From Centroscyllium fabricii (taxonomy: Eukaryota), in assembly GCA_051313645.2 (NCBI GenBank), contig JBNRSN020000026.1:70928001-70992000 (forward strand): a stretch of 64,000 nt of DNA, given 5' to 3'. Positions within the stretch are counted from its first letter, which is position 1. Each line of letters opens with the position of its first letter. A model generated the notes under the pieces. That model was given only the letters and a program-made list of their open reading frames with translations, had not been told where the DNA came from and did no database searches. Below are positions 24,008-37,345 of this stretch, one piece after another. Position numbers and translations under genes: made by a program.

Positions 24008-24139
24008 ATGGCTTTGGCGAGTGTTTGGAGATGTTGGATTGTGTTGGTCTTGTTGCCCGGGACCCTGAGTCTGGGCTGTGAGAGGCTGCAGTTACAGCAA
24101 GTTCTCAACACAGAGACTCTGAGCAAACTGAGTGAAATG
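24008..24139 (+). other. Orphan copy of IFN exon 1, unit 2
   Basis: Intact ATG, 44 codons and GTGAGT donor; decayed exon 2 downstream. Confidence 0.85.
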
Positions 24140-25710
24140 GTGAGTTTAACCCGCATCCCGAGCCGGATCCGAACCACACAGGGTCTGTTTGCTGTGATAA
24201 CTCATGTCAGGAGAAACAGTTTGAAGTTGTCTGTTATTTGTGCAATTAATAGTCACTCTCCGTCAGTATTGATTTGACGGTATTAATTGTTAACGGGATT
24301 CTCTTCTGTAACTCTTGGGATCATTCCCTGAGACTGTGCAACAGCAAAAGCTCTCTGAACCCTAGAGGGGTAATTCATCCCTGATGGGACCGAGAGACTC
24401 AGGTCCAGGGGACAGGCGGAATCAGGGGCTGACTAGATTGGGACATCAATACTGAGGGAGAGGGAGAATCTGATGCTGAGTGAAGAGGTGGGATCAGGCA
24501 GTGGGAGGCGAGGGAAGTTAGTCTGAGGCTAGAGGAGAATCTGGCTCTAAGCGGAGAAAGGAAATGAGAGACTGAAGAGAGTGGGGGTCTTATACTGAGG
24601 GGAGTGGGTATCAGACTCCGAGAGAGAGAAAGGAATCAAGGCTTCAGGGAGAGAGGGATTCAGACCCTAAGGCGAGGGGGAATCAAATTTGTGGAGGAAC
24701 TGGAATCAGATACTGAGGGGATGGGGAATGAGACACTGAGGGGCAAGAGGAATCTTAAAACTGAGTGAAGAGGGGAATTCAGACACTGAGGGGGAGAGGA
24801 AATGAAAAACTGGGGAGAAGGATAATATTAAATGGAGGGGAGATGACACAGACAATGGGGGGAGGTGGGATCAGTCACTCGCGGGAGGTGGGATCAGACC
24901 CTGGGGGAGAATTGACACCAGACGCTGAGGGGAAGGGGTGGTTTAATATTCAGGGGAGAATCAGGACTGAGAGAGAGTGAGAACAAGATCCTGAATCTGA
25001 GGAAAGAGAGGGAACCAGATATCGACGAGTGAGGGGACGAGGAATCAGACTTTGAGTGGAGGGGGGGATGAGACCCTGTGGAGAGGGAGGATCAGATACA
25101 GGGGGGAGGGGTATCAGCCCCTGAAGAGAGATGTGCCCTGATATTGAAGGGGAAATGAGAGTCTGAGGGCCGAGGGGAAGCAATACTGTGGGAAAAGGCA
25201 GAATGTGATGGTGAGGGAAGAGGGGAATCAGATCTTCTGGGTAGACAGAAATCAAACTTTGAGCGGCGAACAGATGAGATACTGAGGGGAGAGAGAGAGT
25301 CGGACCCTGGTGGGAGGTGGGATCAGACTCTGTGAATCAGTGAATAGAGTGTGAGGGGAGAATGCGAACCAGACACTGTGGAGAGTGGAAATTATAAACT
25401 GAAGCCCGAGGATCAGAAACTGAGGGAAGAAGGACAATGAGACACTGAGGAAAGTGGGGGATGTGAGCTGAGAGGGGAAAGGGGTATTAGAGACCACCAT
25501 CAATCAATCTACCCGTCTGCCCCCTTAGTGCCCCCGTGATGCGAGTCCATACATTTTGGAGAAACCAGTAAGATTTTCAAAATCCATATTGATAATATTG
25601 ATACAAATTACTGGACATTGAGCTGGCATGGGCTCGACGGGCCGAGTGGCCTGTTTCTGCGCTGTAACCATTCTATGTTTCAATGAACCTGTGGTTGTGA
25701 TCTTCTAACG

Positions 25711-25833
25711 GGGATTTTCCAGTCGCTGGTTCAGGAATCTCCAGCTTTTGGATTCCTTACCTCAGAAAGGAGGCGCACAAACTATTGCTTCCCTGCAGCT
25801 CTTCCAACACTCCTCCATCCCGATTTCACTTTT
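25711..25833 (+). promoter_or_regulatory. Proximal IFN promoter, gene 2 (NF-kB 25711-25720, IRF-E 25824-25833)
   Basis: GGGATTTTCC and TTTCACTTTT. Confidence 0.65.
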
Positions 25834-26061
25834 GGATTGTAATGGCCACATCGCCAATCCCTCCTCTTATAGTGGGAGCTCCCACAGTGTCCAGCCGCTC
25901 ACACACACTCCACAACACAACTGGTCGCTCCCGGAGCACAAGCGGCTGTATTTCGACTTCCAGAGTTTAATTCGGTGAACAGGAACCGTTTTCTGAGCTG
26001 AATCCGGATCCACTGGGTTTCTAACCCTTCAGATCGGTGCTTTACCCTGGCTCGGTCCAGC

Positions 26062-28355
26062 ATGGCTTTGGCGAGTGTTTGGAGATGTTGGATTGTGTTG
26101 GTCTTGTTGCCCGGGACCCTGAGTCTGGGCTGTGAGAGGCTGCAGTTACAGCAAGTTCTCAACACAGAGACTCTGAGCAAACTGAGTGAAATGGTGAGTT
26201 TAACCTGCATCCCGAGCCGGATCCGAACCATCTACTTTGTGCTCCTTGTGGAAAGTTATATCAGGAGAACATGTTTGTGGTGTTTGTAATTTGACACAAT
26301 TAATAGGCAGCGATGTTCCAGTATTTCAGTGGGGCTGATTGTAACACTGACTGTCTGCTCCACTCAGGGCGGCCCCTTTCCCCGACAGTGTGTAAGAGAG
26401 AGGCTCCGACTGAAAACCAAGCCCTTGAATCTGGTGAAACTTTCAGAGGGATTACAGGTGAGTGAACTCTATTTCATTTGACTTTATTCAAACAAAAGTT
26501 TAATACAAAGCATGAGTAAGATAAACAAGCTGATCAGAATTTTAATCAGGAAATTTAAATCCAGTGTTAGTTGCCCATTGAAGTTAAAATGCCAGTCGAG
26601 CCATTCACTCACTCTGTGTCACTCTCTCTAACTAGCTCTCTCTCTAACTAGCTCACTCTCTAACTAGCTCACTCTCTCCAACTAGCTCACCCTCTCTAAC
26701 TAGCTCTCTCTCTCTAACTAGCTCCCTCTCTCTAACTAGCTCCCTCTCTCTAACTAGCTCAATCTCTCTAACTAGCTCACTCTCTCTAACTAGCTCACCC
26801 TCTCTAACTAGCTCACTCTCACTAACTAGCTCCCTCTCTGTAACTGGCTCCCTCTCTCTAACTAGCTCACTCTCTCTAACTAGCTCACTCTCTCTAAATA
26901 GCTCACCCTCTCTAACTAGCTCCCTCTCTCTAACTAGCTCACCCTCTCTAACTAGCTCCCTCTTTGTAACTAGCTCACTCTCTCTTACTATTTCACTCTC
27001 TCTAACTAGCTCAATCTCTCTAACTAGCTCACTCTCTCTAACTAGCTCACTCTCTCTAACTAGCTCCCTCTCTCTAACTAGCTCACTCTCTCTAACTAGC
27101 TCACTCTCTCTAACTAACTCCCTTTCTCTAACTAGCTCACTCTCTCTATCTCACCTATTATCTCACTCCCATTAACTACTAACTCCCTCTAATCATCTCA
27201 CACCCTCTATTCATTGAAACCCCGCTAATCTTCCATTCTCCTCCCTAGATGATCGCACCCATCCTTTGACTATCCTTTTACTATTTCATAGAATTAGAGA
27301 ATGGTTCCCGCACATAAGGAGGCCATTCGGCCCATCGAGCCAGTGCCGGCTCTCTGCAAGAACACTTCAGCTAGTCCCGCTCCACCGCCCTTTCCCCGTG
27401 GCCCTGCCATTTTTTCAGGAATTTAACCAATTCCCTTTTGAAACCCACAAATCTTTTTATGCTTCTAAAACACATTTGGGAGCCCTTTAATATCCCCCAC
27501 TAATCTATTCCATACATTCTCTTTGAACCTCATTGCCCTTTTCAGTTGTTCTTCACACTTTCTGCATTCAGCTTGGTTCTCTACTGTATTATAAGCTTAA
27601 CTTTGGTCATAAGCCTCCTTTAGCTGTTTCATTGAAATCTCCACCTTCAGTGATCCGGGGAGAGATAGCTTTGCATGCCCTGCCTTTCCCCTGGTGCGAA
27701 TGTGTCTAGACTGCACCCAAACCATCTTCTCTTTCAAGGCTGTCCATTGTATATTTTCTATTTCACCTGCAAATCCTAGATTCCAATACACTGGAATGAG
27801 CCCTCCTCCAGTTGACTATTGTCACTTGTGATTGATGCTTGTCCTTTTCCATAACTGCTCGAAACCTAAAAAGGGACAGGTCCCCTCTAACGACCTTGTG
27901 TGTATTGTGCACAGACCCAGGACAGGATCCAGATTGTCCATCAAACACTGCATCACCTCACCAAGATCTACAGCATGAACCCGGGCTCAGTCACATGGCT
28001 CCGGGACAAGGTGGAAAACTTCCGTCTTCTCCTGGATCGGCAGCTCGGGGAGCTGGAAGAATGTGTCAGGAAACCGGGAACAGAGTCCAGGCCCAGGAGA
28101 ATCGCCTCAATTCACAAATACTTTAAAAAACTGAGAAAGTTTCTCAAACAGAAGGTGGGACAATTGATATTTTACTGAGATTACTGACACTTTAAGTCAC
28201 CCGATTTAAACCTGTTCATTCTCTAATAGATTTTCCTGAATATTTCTCTTTCTCAGAGATTCAGTGACTGCGCCTGGGAAATAATCCGCGCTGAGACCAG
28301 GGCCCGATTACAACAGATCCTTTTCATAACGGCAAAAATCAGAAGAAGAAACTGA
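26062..28355 (+). CDS. ifn: Type I interferon, copy 2 (186 aa); exons 26062-26193, 26368-26457, 27915-28154, 28257-28355
   Basis: Intact splice sites and frame; CAWE motif; carries the MNPGSVTWLRD variant. Confidence 0.93.
26619..27150. repeat. 18-bp intron-2 minisatellite, gene 2
   Basis: (CTCACTCTCTCTAACTAG)n with variant units. Confidence 0.95.
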
Positions 28356-30209
28356 AGACTTTTCAAAGACATGTTTCGTACAGACTGGGAACAAAGAATA
28401 TTTATTTAAAAGACCGCCTATTTTTTTTTTATAATTATATTTTAACTTATTATCTTGTTGTAATATCGCGATTGGGTGCAAGGTGACTGATGGAGGACAA
28501 GGACTGTCTTGATATTGATCCATGTTGGATCATTTATTTGAATTTATTGATGGTTATTGCTGTGACAGTTGCCTGTGATGAAATGTTAGAGCTTTGACTG
28601 GGGCGAGTCTGAGGAAAATCCTGTCTCTGTCCCTTCCTTCAGGGACTGGCAGCTGCGACAGTGAAAAGTTTCATCTCAGGTTCGCTCTGTGGGACACCTT
28701 ATTCCACTCGCTGCTTTCCCAGTGTCGGCTCTCTGGACTGACCCACCCGGCTGAAGCTACCTTTTGTCCCTCATTTCATCAGAATTGAGTCAAGTTTATT
28801 GCTGGACACAATAAAATGTTGCAGATTTTTCATAACGTGTAAAGTCAAAAATGAGAAGAGGTAACGGAAGATGTCTCAATGACATGTTTAACACAGACTG
28901 AGAACAATGAGCTATTTTAAAGACCTCGAATTTTAAAATGTATATATTTTAATATCTGTAACGTATTGCTAATTTTAGACTGTTGTCAGCTTGGCTCAGA
29001 GGTAATACTCTAAGTCAGAAGGTTCTGGCTCCAAACCCCACTCCCAAATGAAATCTTTTATTTCCATTCAACTTTATGAGGCTCCTTATTCCAGTCGCTG
29101 AACTTCCAGTGACAACTCTCTGCACTGGGAATGCCCGGCCAATACTCAGCTCTGTCACTGGCTTTCATGGCACTGATTGGCTCTCGATGGTCGGGTTGCG
29201 GAACAATGACCCATGACCTGATCCCTGACCTGCACTGACCGTTACATTTCTGCTCTCCCAGCGGCCAACACTCCAACTCGTCCCGGGTATTCCTAATTTA
29301 TTGATATTTATAGTTGTGATGTCTTCTACAATGTGTTAAATGAGTTCAGAAAGAACTGTTAATTTATTAATATTTATTCAGATTTGGGGAACAATGTTTT
29401 TCTACACTGGAAACTTTTTATAAAGAATGAGAACATGTTGGTGTAAATAAATTGTTTACAATATTACATTTTTATTGGAGTCATATTAGTTTCTCATTTG
29501 AATCTGTCAGTTTTCCAGACTCACTATAAATGTTCTGGATTGCTCTGCCTGCTGCCTCTGACTGGCATTCCCTCTCCGCTCGATTCCCCACTGGCTGATA
29601 TTTCCTCGCCTGTCAAAATTGTGAATCCAGTTTGAACCCAATTGACTCGATATTCATGGGGAGGGGACTGAGAGGAGAGTGGCAGTGAAAATCTTTTATA
29701 TGGCACCTAATCATGCGCCTTCTGCAAAGCTGTATCTTTAACACTGACTGTATCCCTTTAGCTTTATATGTGAGCTTCTTGAAAACTCAGTAGAATTATT
29801 CAAGCACCAGGTGATCTTTACAGATTCATGGTGACTGTCCCTAATGAGCCAATGTCTTTCCACCTGTTCACTAATTTCATCCCAGACTATGGACTCCATA
29901 ATTTTACCCACAGCTCAGGTAAGGCTAAAAGCGATATAATTTTGTCACCCTTCAATCTTTTGGCAAGATACTTGATTTCAAACTTATGTGGGTTGTGATT
30001 ATTTCTTCTTTCTGTCATTGAGGCAATTCATCAGTTTCTTGCTCTGCATATGATCTGCACCTGGTGAATTTTCTACTTCCTACTTTCAGTCGCACTTACT
30101 TTTGTTTATCCTCCCGTCCCCTTTGCTCCCTTGTTACTCACTTCATCCTTGCTTTTGTATATTTATCTCCATTGCTCGATTGTACATTCCCCTCAGGTTC
30201 CATTCTTCA

Positions 30210-30700
30210 GAGGCACTGGAAAGAGTGCAGAGGAGATTCACCAGGATGCTGCCGGGAATGGGGGGGAAGTCATACGAGGAACGGTTAAGGGAACTGGGAC
30301 TCTTCTCCCTGGAACGAAGAAGGAAGAGGGGGGACCTGATAGAGATGTATAAAATGATGAAGGGGATCGACAGAGTAAATGTGCAAAGACTGTTTCCCCG
30401 GGCGGGAAGAACGACAACAAGAGGACACGAGCACAAGATTCAAGGAGGAAGATTCAGACGGGATGGCAGGGGCAAGTTCTTCACACAAAGAGTGGTCGGG
30501 GAATGGAATAGGCTACCATCTGAAATAGTGGATGCGGACAGTCTGGGTGCTTTTAAAAGGATGATAGATAGGTACATGGAAGGGAAGGAACAGTAGGGGG
30601 GACAGGAAAAATCAGAGACGGAATAAGGGCGGCACTACATTGAGGGCCCAAGGGCCTGTACAGTGCTGTATGTTCTATGTTCTATGTTCTATGTTCTATG
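30210..30700 (+). mobile_element. 5'-truncated CR1 LINE, specific to this unit
   Basis: EALERVQRRFTRMLPGM...RGDLIEMYK... with (TATGTTC)n tail. The site is empty at ~19000, ~41670 and ~53810. Confidence 0.88.
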
Positions 30701-30704
30701 TAAC

Positions 30705-31145
30705 TGTGTCTCAGTGAGGAACACTCTTGCCTGTGAGTCGGAAGATTGTGGGTTTAAGTCCCACTCCAATGACTTGAGCACAAAATCTAGGATGAAGGAG
30801 TGCTGCACTGTCGGAGGTGCTGTCTTTCTGATGAAATGTTAAACCGAGGCCCTGTCTGCTCTCTCTGGTGGATGTCAGGGATCCCATGGCATTATTGCGA
30901 AGTAGCGCACGGGAGTTATCGCCGGTGTCCTGAACAATATTTATCCCTCAATCAACATCAGTCAAAACCGGATGATGTTGTCATTATCACATTGCTGTTT
31001 GTGGGGGCTTGCTGTCTGTAATTTGGGTGCCGCGTTTCCTACATTACAACAGTGTCTACACTTTAAAAGTTTTTCCTTGGCTGTAAAGCACTTCGGGACG
31101 TGCGGTGGGCGTGAATGGCGCTATATAAATGTAAGTCTTTCTTTC
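30705..31145 (+). mobile_element. Deu-domain SINE copy, unit 2
   Basis: Paralogue of 19013-19454. Confidence 0.65.
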
Positions 31146-32234
31146 TAACAGAGGCATGTTACAGATTAAGGATCTTTACCACTTATTCAAACTCAAGTAC
31201 ACGCACAGGAACTTAGGCTTGTGGCCTAAAATATTATCCCATCTTCCCATGATATTTTATGGGGAGGGCAAATGGATCAGTTTATTCCCACATTTGCCCC
31301 CTTTGCATTCCCCACCATTCCAGCTTCCGCTCTTCATCCCTCTGTGTTGCACCCACTCACTCGCATCACAATCTCTACCTCTTCTCATTTGAACAAGTGG
31401 CTAGTTTGTGTAATCAGACTGTCGAGTTCACATAAACAAGACCCGGAATAAATGTCAACATAGGAAGTTATAATTGGCAAAAGCAAACTGGAGTTTTCGC
31501 TCGTTTGTGTTGGGTTTTTTCAGCGTAATTCGTCTTAAATCGATGAAACCTGTGCAAATGGTGATGGAAAGTTAAGCGCAAATTACGCCCAGCGGAAATA
31601 AAGTTGCCGCTATTTTTGCCCCAGTTTAAGTAACATCACTCTAGGAGCCGGCACCACCCACAAAACTGGCCTCGTCCCTCGGCCCAATTACTCACCATCG
31701 GGATTTTCTGCTAATTCTGCTCATTTGCTGCCGTCGCGGAGGCTCCAAAAATTAAAATGCTTCTTTTGAAATAAAGACAGACTTGCATTTATGTAGCGCC
31801 TTTCAAACACACCAGACATCTCGTAGCGCTTTACAGCCAATAAATATTTTTTGAACTGTAGTCACCGATGGAATGCAGGTCCTTTGGGGGCAAGGACACT
31901 AATAGGCACATATTAAAAACATTTGAATATATTTTTAACATTTTTAATTTAATAAGACTCTGACCCCAATATACCCCAATATAACTAACAAAGGTTTCTG
32001 TATAGTTTTTAAAAGTCATTTTCAATCATTTAATTTAAAATTGGGTTACTTACAGTTGGTGTATTGAAACCGTGTTTAAAAAATGCTTATTTTTTACGAT
32101 AAACCCATTTTCAGCTGTATTAATCAAACTGCACCAAGTTACAGCTCTTAAATATATCGAGTAATAATTTTAAAGGCAATTTATTTAAATTACGTTTTAA
32201 TACGCCACCCGGTTGCGATGGTTCATTCGAAAGA

Positions 32235-33556
32235 TAAAAAATCACGGGGTTGGGGGTAATATTCTGGCATGGGTGGAGGATTGGCTTTCTAACAGAAAAC
32301 AGAGAGTTGGGATAAATGGTTCGTTCTCAGACTGGCAGTCAGTCACTAGTGGTGTTCCGCAAGGGTCGGTGCTGGGACCCCAACTCTTTACAATCTATAT
32401 TAACGATTTGGAAGAAGGGACCAAGTGCAACATATCAAAGTTTGCGGATGACACAAAAATGGGAGGGAGGGTGATGAATGAGGAGGACATTAAAAACCTG
32501 CAAAAGGACATAGATAGGCTAAGTGAGTGGGCAGAGATTTGGCAGATGGAGTATAATACTGGAAAATGTGAAGTTATGCACTTTGGCAGGAAAAATAATA
32601 GAGCGAGTTATTATCTAAATGGAAAGGAACTGGAAAGTACTTCAGTGCAAAGGGATCTGGGGGTCCTGGTGCAGGGGACACAGAAAGTTAATATGCAGGT
32701 GCAGCAGGTGGTAAGGAAGGCCAACGGAATGTTGGCTTTTATTGCTAGGGGGATTGAGTATAAAAGCAGGGAGGGCTTGCTGCAGTTGTACAGGGTATTG
32801 GTGAGACCACACCTGGAATACTGCGTGCAGTTCTGGTGTCCCTATTTAAGAAAGGACATACTTGCTCTCGAGGCAGTGCAGAGAAGATTCACTAGGTTAA
32901 TTCCGGGGATGAGGGGCTAACATATGACGAGAGGCTGAGTGGATTGGGCCTCTACTCATTGGAGTTCAGAAGAATGAGAGGCGATCTTATTGAAATATAT
33001 AAGATTGTGAGAGGGCTTGATCAGGTGGATACGGTGAGGATGTTCCCAATGGTGGGTGAGACTAGGACTAGGGGGCATAATCTTAAAATAAGGGGCTCCC
33101 ATTTCAAAACTGAGATGAGGGGGAACTTCTTTACTCAGAGAGTGGTGCGGCTGTGGAATTTGCTGCCCCAGAGAGCTGTAGAAGCTACTACGTTGAATAA
33201 ATTTAAAACTGAGATAGACAGTTTCCTGGAATTAAAGGAAATTAGGGGTTATGGTGAACGGGCTGGTAAGTGGACGTGAGGCTAGGTTCAGATCGGCCAT
33301 GTGATCTCCTGGACCAGTTTTCGATCGCCTAGATGGGTCGGAGAGGAATTTTCCTGATTTTTTTTTTCTCCAAAATTGGCTACTTTTTTAAAAATCTGGT
33401 TTTTCACCTCTCCCAGGTGATCACATTGGTCTGGGCGGGGTGGAGAGTAAAAATAAAATTGAGGTTAGGATCAGATCAGCCATGATCTTGTTGAATGGCG
33501 GAGCAGGCTCGAGGGACCGATTGGCCTACTCCTGCTCCTATTTCTTATGTTCTTAT
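32235..33556 (+). mobile_element. Younger 5'-truncated CR1 LINE, unit-specific, TSD GAAAGA
   Basis: Open RT frame with [17 protein letters not shown] and RPHLEYCVQFW. GAAAGA at 32229-32234 and 33557-33562. The site is empty in the other units (catccgaaagaacaac). Confidence 0.9.
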
Positions 33557-35166
33557 GAAAGAACAGAAAACGCTGGAGAAACTCAGCAGGCCAGGCAGCA
33601 TCGGTGGAGAGAGAAACAGAGTTAACAGTTTGTGGAATCTGACCAAGGGAGTCACTTCACTTCAGCTGTGTCTGTGGAAAAAGGACTTTGGTATTTCGAA
33701 GCCGGACAGAATTTATACATATGCATTGAAAACAAATCCAAATGCACTCAGGCCTGTAAATAAAGGCCATGGCGGTGTTTGCCCAAACCATGGGAAACAG
33801 ATTAAGAGGGCCATCATGATTGAGTAGGCCCATCGATACCGATTGGAAACAAAGCAAGGTTGTTGTCGACTGGTAGCGACGATTACCGGCCAGCCAAAAG
33901 TTGTTAACTAGACCGCTACCCTTTGTTAAATTAGCCGGCCAACGCAACAGACAAAGAACTGACCTGATTTGGTGGGAGATAAGGGTTTCGTCAGAAATGT
34001 ATAACTGGGAACCCAGGGTAGCCATCTGGGGACAATCTTCTCAGCAGCTCTCGTCTCTGGTTCGTCTGCCTCGATTTCTAGTTTCTCTGCTCCTGGTTCA
34101 TGGCAGGTTTTGATTTGAACGATTTGCAAATGGAAACTCGAAAAAAATCGCTTCTCAAAACTGGTGCAATTTTGGTAGTGGGATGGTAGGGGAGGCAAAG
34201 GAGGGAAAAGTGGGGATAAACTGACATATGAAGTTCTACAAAGTGGAAACACTGCCCCAAACATGTGACAGAAAGGTGACATCGGGAAGTCAAGTAATGC
34301 AGAAGGATTTGTGCATGAATGTAAGATTATTATATATTATAGATTAATATGCTGATAAGATTCCTTGCTGTTTCCCTTTATGTTGTCTACCAGTGTTCTT
34401 TAATATTCCACCTTAAATTTCCTTATCTCCTTTTCGTCTCCATTCTAAGCATTTTATAAATCATACAGTTTTATTCGGCATTAGGATACTATTAACAGCC
34501 TCTGCTGCCTCGGCCCGAAGCTCTGGAATTCCCTGCCTAACTCTCTCTGCCTCTTTACCTCTCTTTCCTCCTATAGACCCTCCTTAAAACCTACTTCTCG
34601 GAGCTCACAGAGTTGGTGGTATTATATTAGCATGGATAGAGAATTGGCTAACTAACAGAAAGCACATGTTGGGGTAAATGGGTAATTTTCTGGTTGGGAA
34701 ACCATAACTAATGGGGTGCCACAGGGATCAGTGCTGGTGCCTCAACTATTTACAATCTACATTAATGATTTGGATGAAGGGATCGAGGGTAACGTAGCCA
34801 AGTTTGCAGATGATACAAATATGGGTGGGAAAGCAAGTTGTGCAGAGGACTCCAAGAATCTGCAAAGGGATATAGACAGGCTAAATAAGTTTGCAAACAT
34901 TTGGCAGATGGAGTATAATGTGGGAAAGTGCGAGGTTATCCACTTTGGCAGGAAAAATAAAAAAGCTAATTATTATTTAAATGGAGAGAGATTAGAAAAT
35001 GCTACAGTTCAGAGGGACCTGGGGGTCCTTGTGCATGAAACACAAACAGTTAGCATGCAGGTACAGCAAGTAATCAAACAGGCAAATGGAATGTTGGCCT
35101 TTATTTCAAGGAGGTTGGAATATAAAAGCAGGGAAGACCTGCTACAACTGTACAGGGTATTGGTGA

Positions 35167-35412
35167 ATGCAAAAAGTCACACAACACCAGGTTTATAGTC
35201 CAACGTTTTATTTTAAATCACAAGCTTTCGGAGCGTCGCTCCTTCGTCAAGGTGAACAGAGAGAGACTGAACTTAAACATCACACATCAGGGGAGGGGAG
35301 AAATCCGATCTCTTACACATCTCATTCTGTGGATATCGGAGGAGGGGAGAAATCCGATCTTATACACATCACACCCTAGAGACAGAGAAATCCGATCTCT
35401 GCCTAGAGACAG
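35167..35412 (-). mobile_element. Penelope-like terminal-repeat fragment with 13-bp TSD
   Basis: TSD AGGGTATTGGTGA at 35154-35166 and 35413-35425. Minus strand reads TTGACGAAGGAGCGACGCTCCGAAAGCTTGTGA (variant hammerhead core). Confidence 0.7.
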
Positions 35413-35920
35413 AGGGTATTGGTGAGACCACACCTGGAGTACAATTTTCGTCTCCTAATTTAAGGAAGGTATACTTGCATTGGAGGCAGTTCAGAGTCAA
35501 TTCACTCGGGTAATTCCAGAGGTGAAGGGGGTTTTCTTATGAGGAAATGTTGAGCAGGTTGGGCCGATACTCTTTGGAGATTAGAAAAATGAGAGGTGAT
35601 CTTATTGAAACATATAAGATACTGAGGGGGCTCGACAAGGTAGATGCTGAGAGGATGTTTCCCCTCGTGGGGGAATCTAGAACTCGGGGGCATAGTCTCA
35701 GAATAAAGGGTCGCCCTTTTAGAACTGAGATGAGGAGGCCTTTCCTCTCTCTGAGGGTCGTAAATCTGTGGAATTCTGTGCCCCAGAGAGCTGGGAGGCT
35801 GGGTCATTAAACACATTTAAGGTGCAGATAGACACATTTTTGCAAGATAAGGGAGTGAAGGGTTATGGGGAGTGGGCGGGGAAGTGGCTTTGAGCCCGAG
35901 ATCAGCCATGATCTTATTGA

Positions 35921-36200
35921 TAATGTGGGGGTGCCGGTGTTGGACTGGGGTGGACAAATGTAAGAAGTCACACAACACCAGGTTATAGTCCAACAGTTTT
36001 ATTTTAAATCACAAGCTTTCGGAGCTTCTGCCCCTTCGTCAGATGAAAGAGAGACTTTTCTGTCTTTCATCTGAGGAAAGAGCAGCTCTCCGAAAGCTTG
36101 TGAGATTCTCTTTCATCTGACGAAGGGGCAAAAGCTCCGAAAGCTTGTGATTTAAAATAAAACTGTTGGACTATAATCTGGTGTTGTGTGACTTCTTGCA
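35921..36200. mobile_element. Penelope-like fragment forming an inverted repeat, 13-bp TSD
   Basis: TSD ATGATCTTATTGA at 35908-35920 and 36201-36213. ~35962-36050 is the near-perfect reverse complement of ~36108-36197. Confidence 0.75.
36065..36150 (+). ncRNA. Two tandem minimal type I hammerhead ribozyme-like motifs (third copy on minus strand at ~36009-36048)
   Basis: TTTCAT-CTGAGGA-AAGAGCAGCTCTCC-GAAA-GCTT-GTGA and TTTCAT-CTGACGA-AGGGGCAAAAGCTCC-GAAA-GCTT-GTGA. CUGANGA and GAAA cores, stem II hairpin, palindromic AGCU in place of stem III, UCAU/GUGA stem I. Confidence 0.6.
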
Positions 36201-36839
36201 ATGATCTTATTGAATGGCGGAGCAGGCTCGAGGGGCCGAGAGGCCCATTCCTGCTCCTATTTCTTATGTTCTGATGTTCTTATGTAATTCTTTGAACAGG
36301 CTCCCGGACACCTGCCCTAATTTATCTTTATGTGACTCGGTGTCAATTTTTCTGTCTTAAAACACTCCCGGGAAGCGGCTTGTGACGTTTTACTATGTTA
36401 AAGGCGCTATATAAATGCAAATTGTTTTTGCTGTTGTTGTAAGCATTATTTTAAATTTCAGTTTTCCTCCAAGCTCTCCCTCTCACCGTTGACCACGCCC
36501 ACCAACCTTGCATGGCCAATGAAATGTGCCGAAACAAAATGAAATGGTTTTTACAAACCTTTATCTCTTTAAATTGCTGCAATACGATTGTTTAACTGAA
36601 TCACTCTGCGGTGTCTCCAGCTGGTGCCCGTGGGATCTCAGTCCCAGGTACACTCGGAGGGAAGTTACTGTTCGCAGTTACAGCTGAGAGTGATTTGACG
36701 ACATTCCCTGTGTAACCGGGGTTCTCCCGGAGATCCCAAACCTTTTCCCAGCTCCCGCTCCCCCTCTCACTCTGACCCGTGCTGTGTCCAAACCCTCCGC
36801 ACTTTCGGAAATGACAAAACTCCTCACTTTCCCGGAGAC

Positions 36840-37345
36840 ACTTTCGCTTTCGGGTGAATTTGACACAAAGCTCATTTCCACCGAGAAACTGACTCGGACA
36901 CTTTCCCGGGAGAGAGACCAGAAAAACAGGATGAAAGAAAAGGCAGCGGGACCCCCTTCGGACTCAGAGTGGAAACAAATTAAATATTCTTCAAAAACCG
37001 AGTCTGAAAATGACTCCAGAAAACACCCAGGAAGGGACATCCTTAAAGAGCAGAGTCTCCGACAGGTGAATCCGGGGGAGACAGTCGGCATCAGGCGGTG
37101 CCCCTGGGCTGTGAGCCGGGGTCTCTCCAATGTCCACACTCCCCCAATACAGACCCCCCCTCGACACCAGCTCAGGGCCCCGGGGATCCCAGTCCACACA
37201 ACCCGGAGCTGGTGCTGATCTCCCAGCGGGGATTTTCCAGCCTCTGGTTCCGGAATCTCCAGCTTTTAGATTCTTTACCTCAGAAAGAAAGCGGACAAAC
37301 TCCGGTAACTTTTCCAAAACTCCTGCGGCCCGATTTCACTTTTCC
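36840..37345 (+). promoter_or_regulatory. Distal-type promoter directly upstream of gene 3 (ISRE 36840-36851, NF-kB 37229-37238, IRF-E 37334-37345)
   Basis: Upstream sequence matches the orphan/distal type, not the proximal type. Confidence 0.7.

Larger units (their letters stand above)
34599..36284 (+). mobile_element. CR1 fragment (paralogue of 21579-22708) carrying two nested insertions
   Basis: Same CR1 sequence, interrupted at 35167-35412 and 35921-36200. Confidence 0.85.
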
